Below, in pieces: positions 42,838-52,110 of a stretch of 64,000 bases of DNA. Position numbers and translations under genes: made by a program. The stretch lies in the NCBI GenBank assembly GCA_039819325.1, contig JBCBSF010000005.1, positions 10,317 to 74,316 on the forward strand, in the 5' to 3' direction. The notes beneath the pieces are model-generated. The model worked only from the letters and a program-made list of their open reading frames with translations. It searched no databases and had not been told where the DNA came from. Every line of letters begins with the position of its first letter. Positions within the stretch are counted from its first letter, which is position 1. This DNA is from Pseudomonadota bacterium. Its GTDB lineage: Bacteria; Pseudomonadota; Alphaproteobacteria; Kiloniellales; JACOMY01.

Positions 42838-44670
42838 ATGGCTCAGCTTGCCAGATGGCCACGCGCCGTCTGTCTCTTCCTGCTGGCCTGGACCTGGAGC
42901 GTCGGCGCTGCCGCGGAGGATTCGCGCAGCCTGGCGACCCTTGTCGGGCCTAGTGTTCCGCTCGATGAACGGGGCCTCCCGGCAGTATTGTCGCAGGGCG
43001 ATGTCGCGTTGTACCAGCGGATTTTTGCACTTCAGGAGGCTGGTCGCATGGCCGCCGCCGACGGCGAGATCGAGGATCTGCGCGACCGCCGGCTGATGGG
43101 TCATGTACTGGCCGCCCGCTACCTGCACCCCACAGCCTATCGCACCTCCTTCGGGGAGCTGACCGCCTGGCTAGAGCGCTTTGGCGACCATCCGCAAGCG
43201 GCCCGGCTCCACCGCCTGGCCCTCAAACGCCAGCCAGAAGGTGCGGTGACGCCGCGCGAACCGTTGGTGTCGCGCGTGGCGGTCGGCGGCGCGGCCCTGG
43301 CGGAGCGGTCAACCTACCGCTCCGACACCGCCCGCACGCCGGCGGAAAGTCGCCAGATCCGCAGCTTCGAGCGGAAAGTCCGCGGTCTGATCCGCAAAGA
43401 CGAGTTGGATGACGCGGAGACGGCGCTGAAGGAAGATCCTGACCGCGAGGCCTTGGAGCCGGCCGAACTGGATCAGCTGCGCGGCTCCATCGCCCGGGCG
43501 CGCTACTCCGACAGAGACTACAAGGACGCCTACAAGCTGGCATCGACGGCAGCCAAGCGCTCCGGCACGCTGGTCCCGGCAACGCACTGGGTGGCTGGCC
43601 TCTCTGCCTGGCGCCTGAAGAAGTGGGACGCGGCGGCGGAGCACTTCTCCGGCGTGGCGGAAAGCCCGCAGTCGTCCTCCTGGCTGGCTGCCGGCGGGGC
43701 CTATTGGGCCTCGCGCGCGCACCTGCGCCGGCGCGACCCGGGCTCCATGAGCCAGTGGCTGAATGTAGCGGCTGGCTACCCGCGTAGTTTCTATGGCCTC
43801 ATCGCGCGGGAGGCCTTAGGCCTGCAGCTCGACTTCGACTTCGAGGGTCTGGAGTTGACCCGGGCCGAGGTGCAGCGCCTGGTGGCCGATCCCTCCGGCG
43901 GTCGCGCCTTGGCGCTGCTGCAGGTCGGCCAGAGCGAGGCTGCGCGTGCCGAACTCCTGCAGCTCAGCGATTGGCAGCGCAGCGCTTTAGGCGAGGTGCT
44001 GGTGGCGCTGTCCAACAAAGCGGGTATGCCGGGCTTTGCCATGACCCTGGCCCGCCAGTTGAGCGATCTGCAGGGTGAGTCCAAGAGTGGCCGCCCGCTC
44101 TTGGCAGCTCTCTATCCCATTCCGGCGTGGGAGCCCGATGGCGGCTTTGCCGTCGACCGTGCCCTGGTCTTTGCCGTGATGCGGCAGGAATCGGCCTTCG
44201 ATCCCGAAGCGGTCAGCCACGCAGGTGCACGTGGGCTCATGCAGCTGATGCCGCGCACCGCCAGCTACATCGGCGAGGATCCGCGTCTGCGCGGCAGCCG
44301 CCAGGCGGCCCTCTTCGACCCTGGTCTGAACCTGCGGCTGGGCCAGGACTATCTGACCTACCTGATGGGACACAGGGGCATCGGCGACAACCTCTTCCGG
44401 GTGATCGCGGCCTACAACGCCGGCCCAGGCTCGGTCTTGCGCTGGGCAGAGTTGGCTGGGCCTGAGGACGACGCGCTGCTCTTCATCGAAAGCCTCCCCT
44501 ACGGCGAGACCCGTGCCTACATAGAGAAGGTGCTGGCGAACTACTGGATCTACCGCAAGCGGCTGGGGCAGGAGCCCCTGTCCTTAAGCGCGGTCGCGGA
44601 AGGCAGCTGGCCACACTATCGCCAGCTCGATCCAGCCCGCCGCCAAGCCGCGTGGATCCCAGAGCCTTAG
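42838..44670 (+). CDS. soluble lytic murein transglycosylase (Slt70-like)
   Basis: A signal peptide, a long helical superhelix region and a C-terminal SLT domain (MRQESAFDPEAVSHAGARGLMQLMP ... AYNAGPG). Confidence 0.8.
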   Translation: MAQLARWPRAVCLFLLAWTWSVGAAAEDSRSLATLVGPSVPLDERGLPAVLSQGDVALYQRIFALQEAGRMAAADGEIEDLRDRRLMGHVLAARYLHPTAYRTSFGELTAWLERFGDHPQAARLHRLALKRQPEGAVTPREPLVSRVAVGGAALAERSTYRSDTARTPAESRQIRSFERKVRGLIRKDELDDAETALKEDPDREALEPAELDQLRGSIARARYSDRDYKDAYKLASTAAKRSGTLVPATHWVAGLSAWRLKKWDAAAEHFSGVAESPQSSSWLAAGGAYWASRAHLRRRDPGSMSQWLNVAAGYPRSFYGLIAREALGLQLDFDFEGLELTRAEVQRLVADPSGGRALALLQVGQSEAARAELLQLSDWQRSALGEVLVALSNKAGMPGFAMTLARQLSDLQGESKSGRPLLAALYPIPAWEPDGGFAVDRALVFAVMRQESAFDPEAVSHAGARGLMQLMPRTASYIGEDPRLRGSRQAALFDPGLNLRLGQDYLTYLMGHRGIGDNLFRVIAAYNAGPGSVLRWAELAGPEDDALLFIESLPYGETRAYIEKVLANYWIYRKRLGQEPLSLSAVAEGSWPHYRQLDPARRQAAWIPEP

Positions 44671-44700
44671 GCACCCGAACCAAAACTCAGAGGAGTTGTG

Positions 44701-45243
44701 ATGCCGGGAATAGACGAGAGCCGGGCGTTCTTGCCTGTCAACATCGCGCTGATCACCATCTCCGACAGCCGCGATCTGGCCAGCGACCGCTCTGGCCAGC
44801 GCCTGGAGGAGATGATCACGCGGGATGGCCACAGAGTCGCCAGCCGCGAGATTTTGCCGGACGAGGCCAGCCAGATCGTCGAGCGCCTACGCGCCCTCAT
44901 CGCCGAACCTGAGGTAGACGTGGTCATTACGACCGGCGGCACCGGCGTCACCGGCCGCGACGTGACGCCAGAGGCCTTCGAGGCGGTGTTGGAGAAGAAG
45001 ATCGAGGGCTTTGGCGAGCTCTTCCGCTGGATCAGCTATCAGAAGATCGGCACCTCGACGATCCAAAGCCGCGCCGTTGGGGGTGTGGCCGCCGGCACCT
45101 ACCTCTTCGCTCTCCCGGGCTCGCCCGGTGCGGTAAAGGACGGCTGGGAAGAGATCCTGCGTTGGCAGCTGGACGCCCGCCACCGCCCTTGCAACCTTGT
45201 CGAGCTGATGCCGCGGCTGCAGGAGCATTTGGTCAGCAGTTGA
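44701..45243 (+). CDS. moaB: molybdenum cofactor biosynthesis protein B (MoaB/MogA fold)
   Basis: ITISDSR...VVITTGGTGVTGRDVTPEA...LPGSPGAV. AGGAG lies 5 nt upstream of the ATG at 44701 (alternative GTG at 44698). Confidence 0.75.
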   Translation: MPGIDESRAFLPVNIALITISDSRDLASDRSGQRLEEMITRDGHRVASREILPDEASQIVERLRALIAEPEVDVVITTGGTGVTGRDVTPEAFEAVLEKKIEGFGELFRWISYQKIGTSTIQSRAVGGVAAGTYLFALPGSPGAVKDGWEEILRWQLDARHRPCNLVELMPRLQEHLVSS

Positions 45244-45416
45244 GCGTTCCGGGTCTGTTTCACGAAAATGTGCGACTCGGGGCGACTCGGAGTCCTACCG
45301 GATCTTGGGGGGCCATTTTGACGACCCCCTAAGCCCTGAGACGTGACGCGTCGCCCTCCTCGGCGTCAGACTCAATGTTCTTTTTTTGTTCCTGATTTTG
45401 TGTTTCTCTTCCGTGC

Positions 45417-46517
45417 ATGACGGAGAGACGAGAGACCCCCACCAGCCTGCAGCCGCAGCGCAAAGGACGTGGCGCGCAAAGCAACCAAAGCGGCCGCTTT
45501 GAGCGGGAGAGCCGCCACCAGGTCGACGACGGCTGGGGCTCGGTCGCTGAGGAGTTCCCAGGCGCGAACCGCACCGAAGTCGGCATCGACAGCGCGCGTA
45601 AGGTGATCGCGCGCAACGACAGCCCCGACCTGGGTTTCGACCGCTCGATAAACCCCTATCGGGGCTGCGAGCATGGCTGCGTCTACTGCTTTGCCCGGCC
45701 GAGCCACGCCTATCTGGGCCTTTCGCCCGGGCTGGACTTCGAAACGCGGATCTTCACCAAGCCGGAGGCTGCGCGCCTGCTGCGGGGAGAGCTGGCCAAC
45801 CCGCGCTACCAGCCTAAGGTCATCGTGCTGGGCGCCAACACCGACCCCTATCAGCCGATCGAGCGGCGGCTGGAGGTCACCCGTCAGATCCTTGCGGTCC
45901 TGGCGGAGGCGCGCCATCCGGTGAACATCGTCACCAAATCCGACCTGATCCTGCGCGACCTCGACATCCTAGGGCCGATGGCGGCAGAGGGCCTGGCCTC
46001 AGTCATGGTCTCGGTCACCACGCTCGACCGCACCCTGGCTCGGCGGATGGAGCCGCGTGCCTCGACGCCGAAACGGCGGCTGGCCGCAATTGAGGGGCTG
46101 GCCAAGGCCGGCGTGCCGGTCGGCACGCTCTTCGCCCCGGTGATCCCGGCCTTAAACGATGCCGAACTGGATGCTGTCTTGGCCGCCGCAGCAGACGCCG
46201 GCGCCAGCCGCGCCGGCTATGTCCTGCTGCGCCTACCCCTCGAACTCAAACAGCTCTTCGAGGAGTGGCTGGACCAGCACTACCCCGACCGCAAGCGCCG
46301 GGTCTTGGAGCTCTTGCGCCAAGCGCGCGGCGGGCGTCTCTACGACGCTACCTTCGGCCAGCGCCAGACCGGCACCGGCCCCACCGCGCAGATACTCGCC
46401 ACACGCTTCCGCGTGGCTTGCCGCAAGCTAGAGCTCAACACGGAACGCCATCACGACCTGCGCTGCGACCTCTTCCGCGCACCGGCGCTGGACGACCGCC
46501 AGCTGGCGCTCTTTTAG
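45417..46517 (+). CDS. radical SAM protein (PA0069 / Rv2578c-type)
   Basis: CxxxCxxC motif GCEHGCVYCFARPSH; 366 aa. N-terminal QRKGRGAQSN is typical of this family. Confidence 0.8.
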   Translation: MTERRETPTSLQPQRKGRGAQSNQSGRFERESRHQVDDGWGSVAEEFPGANRTEVGIDSARKVIARNDSPDLGFDRSINPYRGCEHGCVYCFARPSHAYLGLSPGLDFETRIFTKPEAARLLRGELANPRYQPKVIVLGANTDPYQPIERRLEVTRQILAVLAEARHPVNIVTKSDLILRDLDILGPMAAEGLASVMVSVTTLDRTLARRMEPRASTPKRRLAAIEGLAKAGVPVGTLFAPVIPALNDAELDAVLAAAADAGASRAGYVLLRLPLELKQLFEEWLDQHYPDRKRRVLELLRQARGGRLYDATFGQRQTGTGPTAQILATRFRVACRKLELNTERHHDLRCDLFRAPALDDRQLALF

Positions 46518-46534
46518 GGCTTCTACTCCGCCGC

Positions 46535-48208
46535 TTAGCGCTCCAGCGGCTTGTACTTGATGCGGTGCGGCTGGTCGGCGGCGGCGCCGAGGCGGCGTTT
46601 GCGGTCGGCCTCATAGTCCTCGTAGTTGCCTTCGTACCAGACCACCTGGCTGTCGCCTTCGAAGGCGACGATGTGGGTGGCCAAGCGGTCCAGGAACCAG
46701 CGGTCGTGGCTGGTGACCAGCACGCAGCCGGAGAAGTCGGAGATCGCGTCCTCCAAAGAGCGTAGCGTGTCGACGTCCAGATCGTTGGTCGGCTCGTCCA
46801 GCATGATGACGTTGGCGCCGGACTTCAGCATCTTGGCCAGGTGCACGCGGTTGCGCTCACCGCCCGACAGCTGGGTGACCTTCTTCTGCTGGTCCGGGCC
46901 CTTGAAGTTGAAGGCACCGACGTAGGCACGGCTCGGCACCTCCCGCTTGCCCATGACGATGATCTCCTGGCCCTCGGAGATCTCTTCCCAGACCGTCTTA
47001 TTGCCGTCCAACGCGTCACGGCTCTGGTCGACATAACCCAGCACCACGGTCTCGCCTTTGCGCAAGGTGCCGCTGTCCGGCTGCTCCTGGCCGACGATCA
47101 TGCGGAAGAGCGTGGTCTTACCCGCACCGTTGGGGCCGATGATGCCGACGATAGCGCCCTTCGGCACCTTGAAGTTCAGATTGTCGATCAGGAGGTGATT
47201 GCCGAAGCCCTTGCGCAGCTCCACCGCCTCGATCACCAGGTCGCCTAGGCGCGGGGCGGGAGGAATGACGATCTTGCCGGGCTCCGGCGCCTTTTCGGCC
47301 TCGGCCTTCAGCAGGTCCTCATAGGCGCTGAGCCGTGCCTTGGACTTGGCCTGTCGGGCCTTGGGCCCTTTGCGCACCCACTCCAGCTCCTGCGCCAGCT
47401 CGCGTTGGCGGGCGCTCTCCTCCTTCTCCTCCTGGGCCAAGCGCTTGCGCTTCTGCTCCAGCCAGGAGGAGTAGTTGCCCTCAAAGGGCAGGCCGCGGCC
47501 ACGCTCGATCTCCAAGATCCAGCCGGCGACATTGTCCAGGAAGTAGCGGTCGTGGGTCACGCAGATGACGGTGGAGGGATACTCCTCCAAGAAGCGCTCC
47601 AGCCAGGCGACAGATTCCGCATCCAGGTGGTTGGTCGGCTCGTCCAAGAGCAGCATGTCGGGCTTAGAGAGCAGCAGACGGCAGAGCGCCACCCGGCGCC
47701 GCTCCCCACCGGAGAGCTTGGTCACGTCGGCATCACCCGGCGGGCAACGCAGGGCGTCCATGGCGATGTCCACCTTGCGGTCCAGGTCCCAGGCGTCCAG
47801 CGCCTCGATCTTCTCCTGCAGCTCGCCCTGTTCGGCGATCAGCGCGTCGAAGTCGGCGTCTTCGTCGGCGAAGGCGGCAGAGACGGCCTCGAAGCGGTCG
47901 AGCAGCGCCTTGGTTTCGGCCACCCCTTCTAGGACGTTGCCCAGCGCATCCTTGTTGGGGTCCAGCTCCGGCTCTTGCGAGAGGTAGCCGATCTTCACGC
48001 CCTTGGCGGCGAAGGCTTCACCGCTGAACTCGGTATCCATGCCGGCCATGATCTTCATCAGGGTCGACTTGCCGGCGCCGTTCAGGCCCAGAACGCCGAT
48101 CTTGGCGCCCGGCAGGAAGTTCAGATTGATGTCTTTCAGGATCTGCTTGCCACCCGGGAAGGTCTTCGACAGGTGGCTCATCTGATAGATGTACTGATAG
48201 GTGGCCAT
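46535..48208 (-). CDS. ettA: energy-dependent translational throttle ABC-F protein
   Basis: 557 aa. [20 protein letters not shown]-terminus and two ABC cassettes ([18 protein letters not shown], two LSGGE signatures). Confidence 0.9.
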   Translation of the reverse strand: MATYQYIYQMSHLSKTFPGGKQILKDINLNFLPGAKIGVLGLNGAGKSTLMKIMAGMDTEFSGEAFAAKGVKIGYLSQEPELDPNKDALGNVLEGVAETKALLDRFEAVSAAFADEDADFDALIAEQGELQEKIEALDAWDLDRKVDIAMDALRCPPGDADVTKLSGGERRRVALCRLLLSKPDMLLLDEPTNHLDAESVAWLERFLEEYPSTVICVTHDRYFLDNVAGWILEIERGRGLPFEGNYSSWLEQKRKRLAQEEKEESARQRELAQELEWVRKGPKARQAKSKARLSAYEDLLKAEAEKAPEPGKIVIPPAPRLGDLVIEAVELRKGFGNHLLIDNLNFKVPKGAIVGIIGPNGAGKTTLFRMIVGQEQPDSGTLRKGETVVLGYVDQSRDALDGNKTVWEEISEGQEIIVMGKREVPSRAYVGAFNFKGPDQQKKVTQLSGGERNRVHLAKMLKSGANVIMLDEPTNDLDVDTLRSLEDAISDFSGCVLVTSHDRWFLDRLATHIVAFEGDSQVVWYEGNYEDYEADRKRRLGAAADQPHRIKYKPLER

Positions 48209-48278
48209 GGGCGGGTGGCCTTTCTCTCGGATCAGGGGCAGGAAATGGCGCGCGATCCTAGCCGGCAGAGACTGCCCG

Positions 48279-49088
48279 TCAAGCCTTCTCCCGCGCCAGG
48301 GTCACCACCTGTCCACCATCGCTCAGCTGGCCCACCTGCAAGGCCGCACCAAAGGCCTTCGACAGCAAAGGCGCTTGCATGGCTGAAGCAACCGGGCCCT
48401 GCGCCACCGCCCGCCCCTCGGCAAGCAGCAGGGCCTCGTCGGCCATGCGCAGCGCCGCCGTTAGATCGTGCACGATAGCCAGCACGCCATAGCCCTGATC
48501 GGCCAGCTGACGCGCCAAACCCAGCACGCGCCCTTGCTGCACCAAGTCGAGACTGGCGGTCGGCTCGTCCAACAGCAGATAGCCGGAAGGCCTGGGCGGC
48601 CGCGCCTCCCAGATCTGCGCTAGGACGCGGGCCAGGTCGACCCGCTGCAACTCGCCGCCGGAGAGCACTGTCAGGCTGCGCGCGGCCAGATGGCCGACCC
48701 CGGCCAGCGACAGCGCGGCAGCAATCACCTCGCCATCCGGTGCCGCATCGGCCTCGCCTAAGGCCGGTGCTCGGCCCAGGGCCACGAGGTCGCTGGCGGC
48801 AAGGCCGAAGCCGCCGCGCGGCGGGGCTTGCGGCAAGACCGCCCGGCGGCGCGCCAAGGCCTTGCCAGGCCAGTCGGCCAGCAGGCGTCCATCAAGCGAG
48901 ACCTGTCCGGCAGAGGCTGGCTGCGCGCCGCTCAAGCAGCGCAGCAGGGTGGACTTGCCAGCGCCGTTCGGCCCGACCACAGCCAGAAGACGACCGGGCT
49001 GTAGAGACAGGTTGATCCCTCGCAAGAGCCAGCGTTCTGCGACGCGGAAGCCGAGGCCCTGGGCGGTCAGTCCGACCGTCTCAGCCAC
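48279..49088 (-). CDS. hmuV: heme ABC transporter ATP-binding protein
   Basis: [20 protein letters not shown] and LLLDEPT motifs. Last gene of the hmu operon. Confidence 0.8.
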   Translation of the reverse strand: MAETVGLTAQGLGFRVAERWLLRGINLSLQPGRLLAVVGPNGAGKSTLLRCLSGAQPASAGQVSLDGRLLADWPGKALARRRAVLPQAPPRGGFGLAASDLVALGRAPALGEADAAPDGEVIAAALSLAGVGHLAARSLTVLSGGELQRVDLARVLAQIWEARPPRPSGYLLLDEPTASLDLVQQGRVLGLARQLADQGYGVLAIVHDLTAALRMADEALLLAEGRAVAQGPVASAMQAPLLSKAFGAALQVGQLSDGGQVVTLAREKA

Positions 49089-50196
49089 GGGTCATGTCCC
49101 GGCGGCGCAGCAGCAGCCACAAGAAGAAGGGCCCGCCCAGCAGGCTGGTCAGGATGCCGATCGGCAGCTCCGCCGGCAGCACCACATGCCGCGCGGCCAG
49201 ATCGGCCAGCAGCAGCAGGCTCGCCCCAGCCACGGCCGAGGCCGGCAGCAAGAGCCGATGATCGCCCCCCAGCAGCAAACGCACCAAGTGCGGTACGACA
49301 AGACCGACGAAGCCAATGACGCCGCTCACCGCGACCGCAGCACCGGTGGCCAGCGCGACCAGAAACACCAAGCGGCGCTTCATCGATTCCACCTCGACGC
49401 CCAGATGATAGGCCTCCTGCTCGCCCAGCAGCAGGGCGTTCAACGGGCGGGCAAGCGCGAAGATGCCAACGACGGCGAGGCAAATCACCGGCACCACTGG
49501 GATCAGATCGCCCCAGGGCCGTCCGGCCAGACTGCCGAGGGTCCAGATGGTCACCTGGCGCAGCTGTTGATCATCAGCCAGATAGATCAAGAAGCCCATG
49601 GCCGCCGCCGCGATGGCGTTGATGGCGATCCCGGCCAGCAGCAAGGTGGCGATGTCCGTCTCGCCGCCGCGTCGTGCCAGGCGCTGGATGATCACGGTGA
49701 CGACGAGGCCACCCAGGAAAGCAGCAAGTGGCAAGAGGTAGGGGCGCACCGCAGGCGGTAGCCCGGCGAAGAAGAGACCACCGAAGACGATCGTGGCGAC
49801 CGCGCCCAATGCGGCCCCGGCAGAGACGCCGATCAAGCCCGGATCGGCCAAGGGGTTGCGGAAGAGACCCTGCAGTGCCGCCCCGCAGACGGCCAGGCCA
49901 CCGCCAACGAGAATCGCCAGCAGCACCCGGGGCAAGCGGATGGACAGCAAGACCGCCTCTTCGCGTACCCAACTCGCATCCAGGCTTGTCAGGCCTAGCC
50001 GATCCAGGACAATCAAGGCCTGCGTTTCCAGCCCAATGGGCACGGCACCGAACCCAAGACCGGCGAGAGCAGCCGCAATGAAGACGAGCACCAGCGCCCA
50101 CACCCGCCGACGGCGGCTTCGTGTGCGCTGGGCGAGGGCCTCAGCGGCCGCCGGATCCAAACCGCTGCTGGAGAGCGACAGGCTGTGGAGGCTCAC
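49081..50196 (-). CDS. hmuU: heme/iron-siderophore ABC permease (FecCD family)
   Basis: 371 aa with the FecCD pattern (RNPLADPGLIGVSAGAALG). GTG start overlapping the hmuT stop. Confidence 0.85.
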   Translation of the reverse strand: MSLHSLSLSSSGLDPAAAEALAQRTRSRRRRVWALVLVFIAAALAGLGFGAVPIGLETQALIVLDRLGLTSLDASWVREEAVLLSIRLPRVLLAILVGGGLAVCGAALQGLFRNPLADPGLIGVSAGAALGAVATIVFGGLFFAGLPPAVRPYLLPLAAFLGGLVVTVIIQRLARRGGETDIATLLLAGIAINAIAAAAMGFLIYLADDQQLRQVTIWTLGSLAGRPWGDLIPVVPVICLAVVGIFALARPLNALLLGEQEAYHLGVEVESMKRRLVFLVALATGAAVAVSGVIGFVGLVVPHLVRLLLGGDHRLLLPASAVAGASLLLLADLAARHVVLPAELPIGILTSLLGGPFFLWLLLRRRDMTRG

Positions 50197-51026
50197 TTGG
50201 CCTGCAGACTCTGCAAGACCGCTAAGGCAACGTCAGGCGTCCGGGGACCAAAGCCTAGGAGCTCCATGGCATCGAAAGCATAGACACGCCCCTCCTTGAC
50301 AGCCGGTGTCAGCGAGAGCGCCGGATCGGCTTCTACGGCCGACATGCCGCCCAAAGCATCCAACCCTTGTGTGGTCAGCAAAAGCACCTCCGGCGCTGCG
50401 ACCACCGCCATCTCGGGCGACAAGGGTCGATAGCCCTCAAACCCCTCGACCGCGTTGACGCCACCTGCGAGCGCGATGATGGCGTCGGCGGAGGTTCCGG
50501 CCCCAGACGCTAAGCCAGCCCCGCCGTGGGCAAGCAGGAAGAGCACGCGGATTGGCTCTTGAAGCGCCTCGCGTTCCGACTTGAGGCGCGTGAAGCCCTT
50601 GCCGACCTGCTCCGCCAGGGCAGCACCTTCCGGCACGGCTTCCACGGCCTCAGCCACGGCACGGATCTTGGCGAGAACACCTTCGGGCGAAGCCTCATCG
50701 GGCACCAAGACCACCGATAGCCCAGCCTCGTCGATCTGCTGCAGAACCGCGGGGGGGCCAGCATCGGATTCTGCCAAGAGCAAATCCGGTGTCATGGCGA
50801 TCAAGGGCTCTGCCGCCAGATTGCGCACATAGCCAACTTGCGGCAAATCAGTCGCAGCTTGCGGATAGATGCTGGTGACGTCGACGGCGATCACCTTGTC
50901 GCCACGCCCCAGCGCATAAATGATCTCGGTCACCGAGCCGCCGACCGAGACAATGCGTTGCGGCGGTTCTGCCTGCAGCGGCCAGGCTAGGAAGCAAAGA
51001 AGTGCGAGGAGAGGGAGAGACTTCAC
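50193..51026 (-). CDS. hmuT: periplasmic hemin-binding protein
   Basis: GTG at 51026 preceded by GGAGG. Signal peptide KSLPLLALLCFLAWPLQA, then RIVSVGGSVTEIIYALG, typical of HmuT/ChuT. The start overlaps the hmuS stop (GTGA). Confidence 0.8.
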   Translation of the reverse strand: MKSLPLLALLCFLAWPLQAEPPQRIVSVGGSVTEIIYALGRGDKVIAVDVTSIYPQAATDLPQVGYVRNLAAEPLIAMTPDLLLAESDAGPPAVLQQIDEAGLSVVLVPDEASPEGVLAKIRAVAEAVEAVPEGAALAEQVGKGFTRLKSEREALQEPIRVLFLLAHGGAGLASGAGTSADAIIALAGGVNAVEGFEGYRPLSPEMAVVAAPEVLLLTTQGLDALGGMSAVEADPALSLTPAVKEGRVYAFDAMELLGFGPRTPDVALAVLQSLQAK

Positions 51027-52108
51027 GACTTTGCCTCCAGCCTGGCCACCAGGTCTTGCCATGCCGGGTTCTCCGCCTGCCCCGGCTTCCGCAGTCCAAA
51101 AATCCATGCGATCTGCAGCCCCGTCGCATCGAAGATCTCGATGGAGGTCACAATGCCGTCGCGGGTCGGCTTGATCACCAGCCAGGTCTGATCGATCAGA
51201 TCCTCGCGCAGATGCAGGTTGAAACCGGGGTCCAACACATTGAACCAAGGGCCCATGCGTTGCAGGCGCTTGACCGGACCGCTGTGGATCTGGATCACGC
51301 CAGGACTGCCAACGAAGACCATAACCGGCAGCGCGCTTTCGCCGGCAGCCTCCAAGGCTGCTTGGAAGCGGTCGTTCGACAGCGGCCGGGCGAAATCCGT
51401 CCCAACCAGGCGGAAGGCCTGGCGGCGTGCACAGCCCAGGGTCTTTAGCATGGCATGGAAGTCATGGACGTCCTGCAGATCCTCCCAACGCTGGCGCAAT
51501 GCAGCTTGGTCGATGTCTGCGTCAGGGCGCTCCACTGGCAGTGCCGGCGCTGGGAGAAGCTGCGGTGGACCGATAGCGGGCGTTGCGAAGTCTGCGACCA
51601 AGAGCAGGAAAGCAGCGCTATCGCTGTCAGCGCGCAGGAAGATCTTCTGAACCGCCGTCCCATCGCAATCGAAGATCTGCAGGCTAAAGCGTGGCCCCTG
51701 ATCCATCTCTTCGCGCAGCGCATAGGCGTAGTGCCAACGATCGAAGAACAGCCTGAGGTCGATATCGGGATCCAGCACCAAGCCCATGGAGGCGAAGGTG
51801 GAGACCTTGGTGTAGGTGCCCACCTTCTCATGCACACAGGCCTCATTGCGTACGAGAGTCATGACCTGACCGAGCTTAGGCAGAGCCTTAACCAGCGCTG
51901 CCCAATCAGGCCGCAGTGGTGTTGCCGTCCCGAGGCAGCCAGCGGCGACGATCTCTGCTTCGCTCACCTCCAAGACGGCCGCCAGATCGCGGGTTCGCAG
52001 TTTTGGATTCTTGGCTTTCGCCGCTTTGAAGGCAGACAAGAGCTGGCTTTGGGCAGCAGGTGGTGAGACGACAACAGGGTCTGACATAGCCTTTTCTTCG
52101 GGCTCCAT
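51023..52108 (-). CDS. hmuS: hemin-degrading / heme-trafficking factor (HmuS/ChuS/PhuS family)
   Basis: 361 aa with a duplicated-domain pattern, positioned between the receptor and hmuT. An alternative start lies 7 codons downstream. Confidence 0.85.
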   Translation of the reverse strand: MEPEEKAMSDPVVVSPPAAQSQLLSAFKAAKAKNPKLRTRDLAAVLEVSEAEIVAAGCLGTATPLRPDWAALVKALPKLGQVMTLVRNEACVHEKVGTYTKVSTFASMGLVLDPDIDLRLFFDRWHYAYALREEMDQGPRFSLQIFDCDGTAVQKIFLRADSDSAAFLLLVADFATPAIGPPQLLPAPALPVERPDADIDQAALRQRWEDLQDVHDFHAMLKTLGCARRQAFRLVGTDFARPLSNDRFQAALEAAGESALPVMVFVGSPGVIQIHSGPVKRLQRMGPWFNVLDPGFNLHLREDLIDQTWLVIKPTRDGIVTSIEIFDATGLQIAWIFGLRKPGQAENPAWQDLVARLEAKS

Positions 52109-52110
52109 TA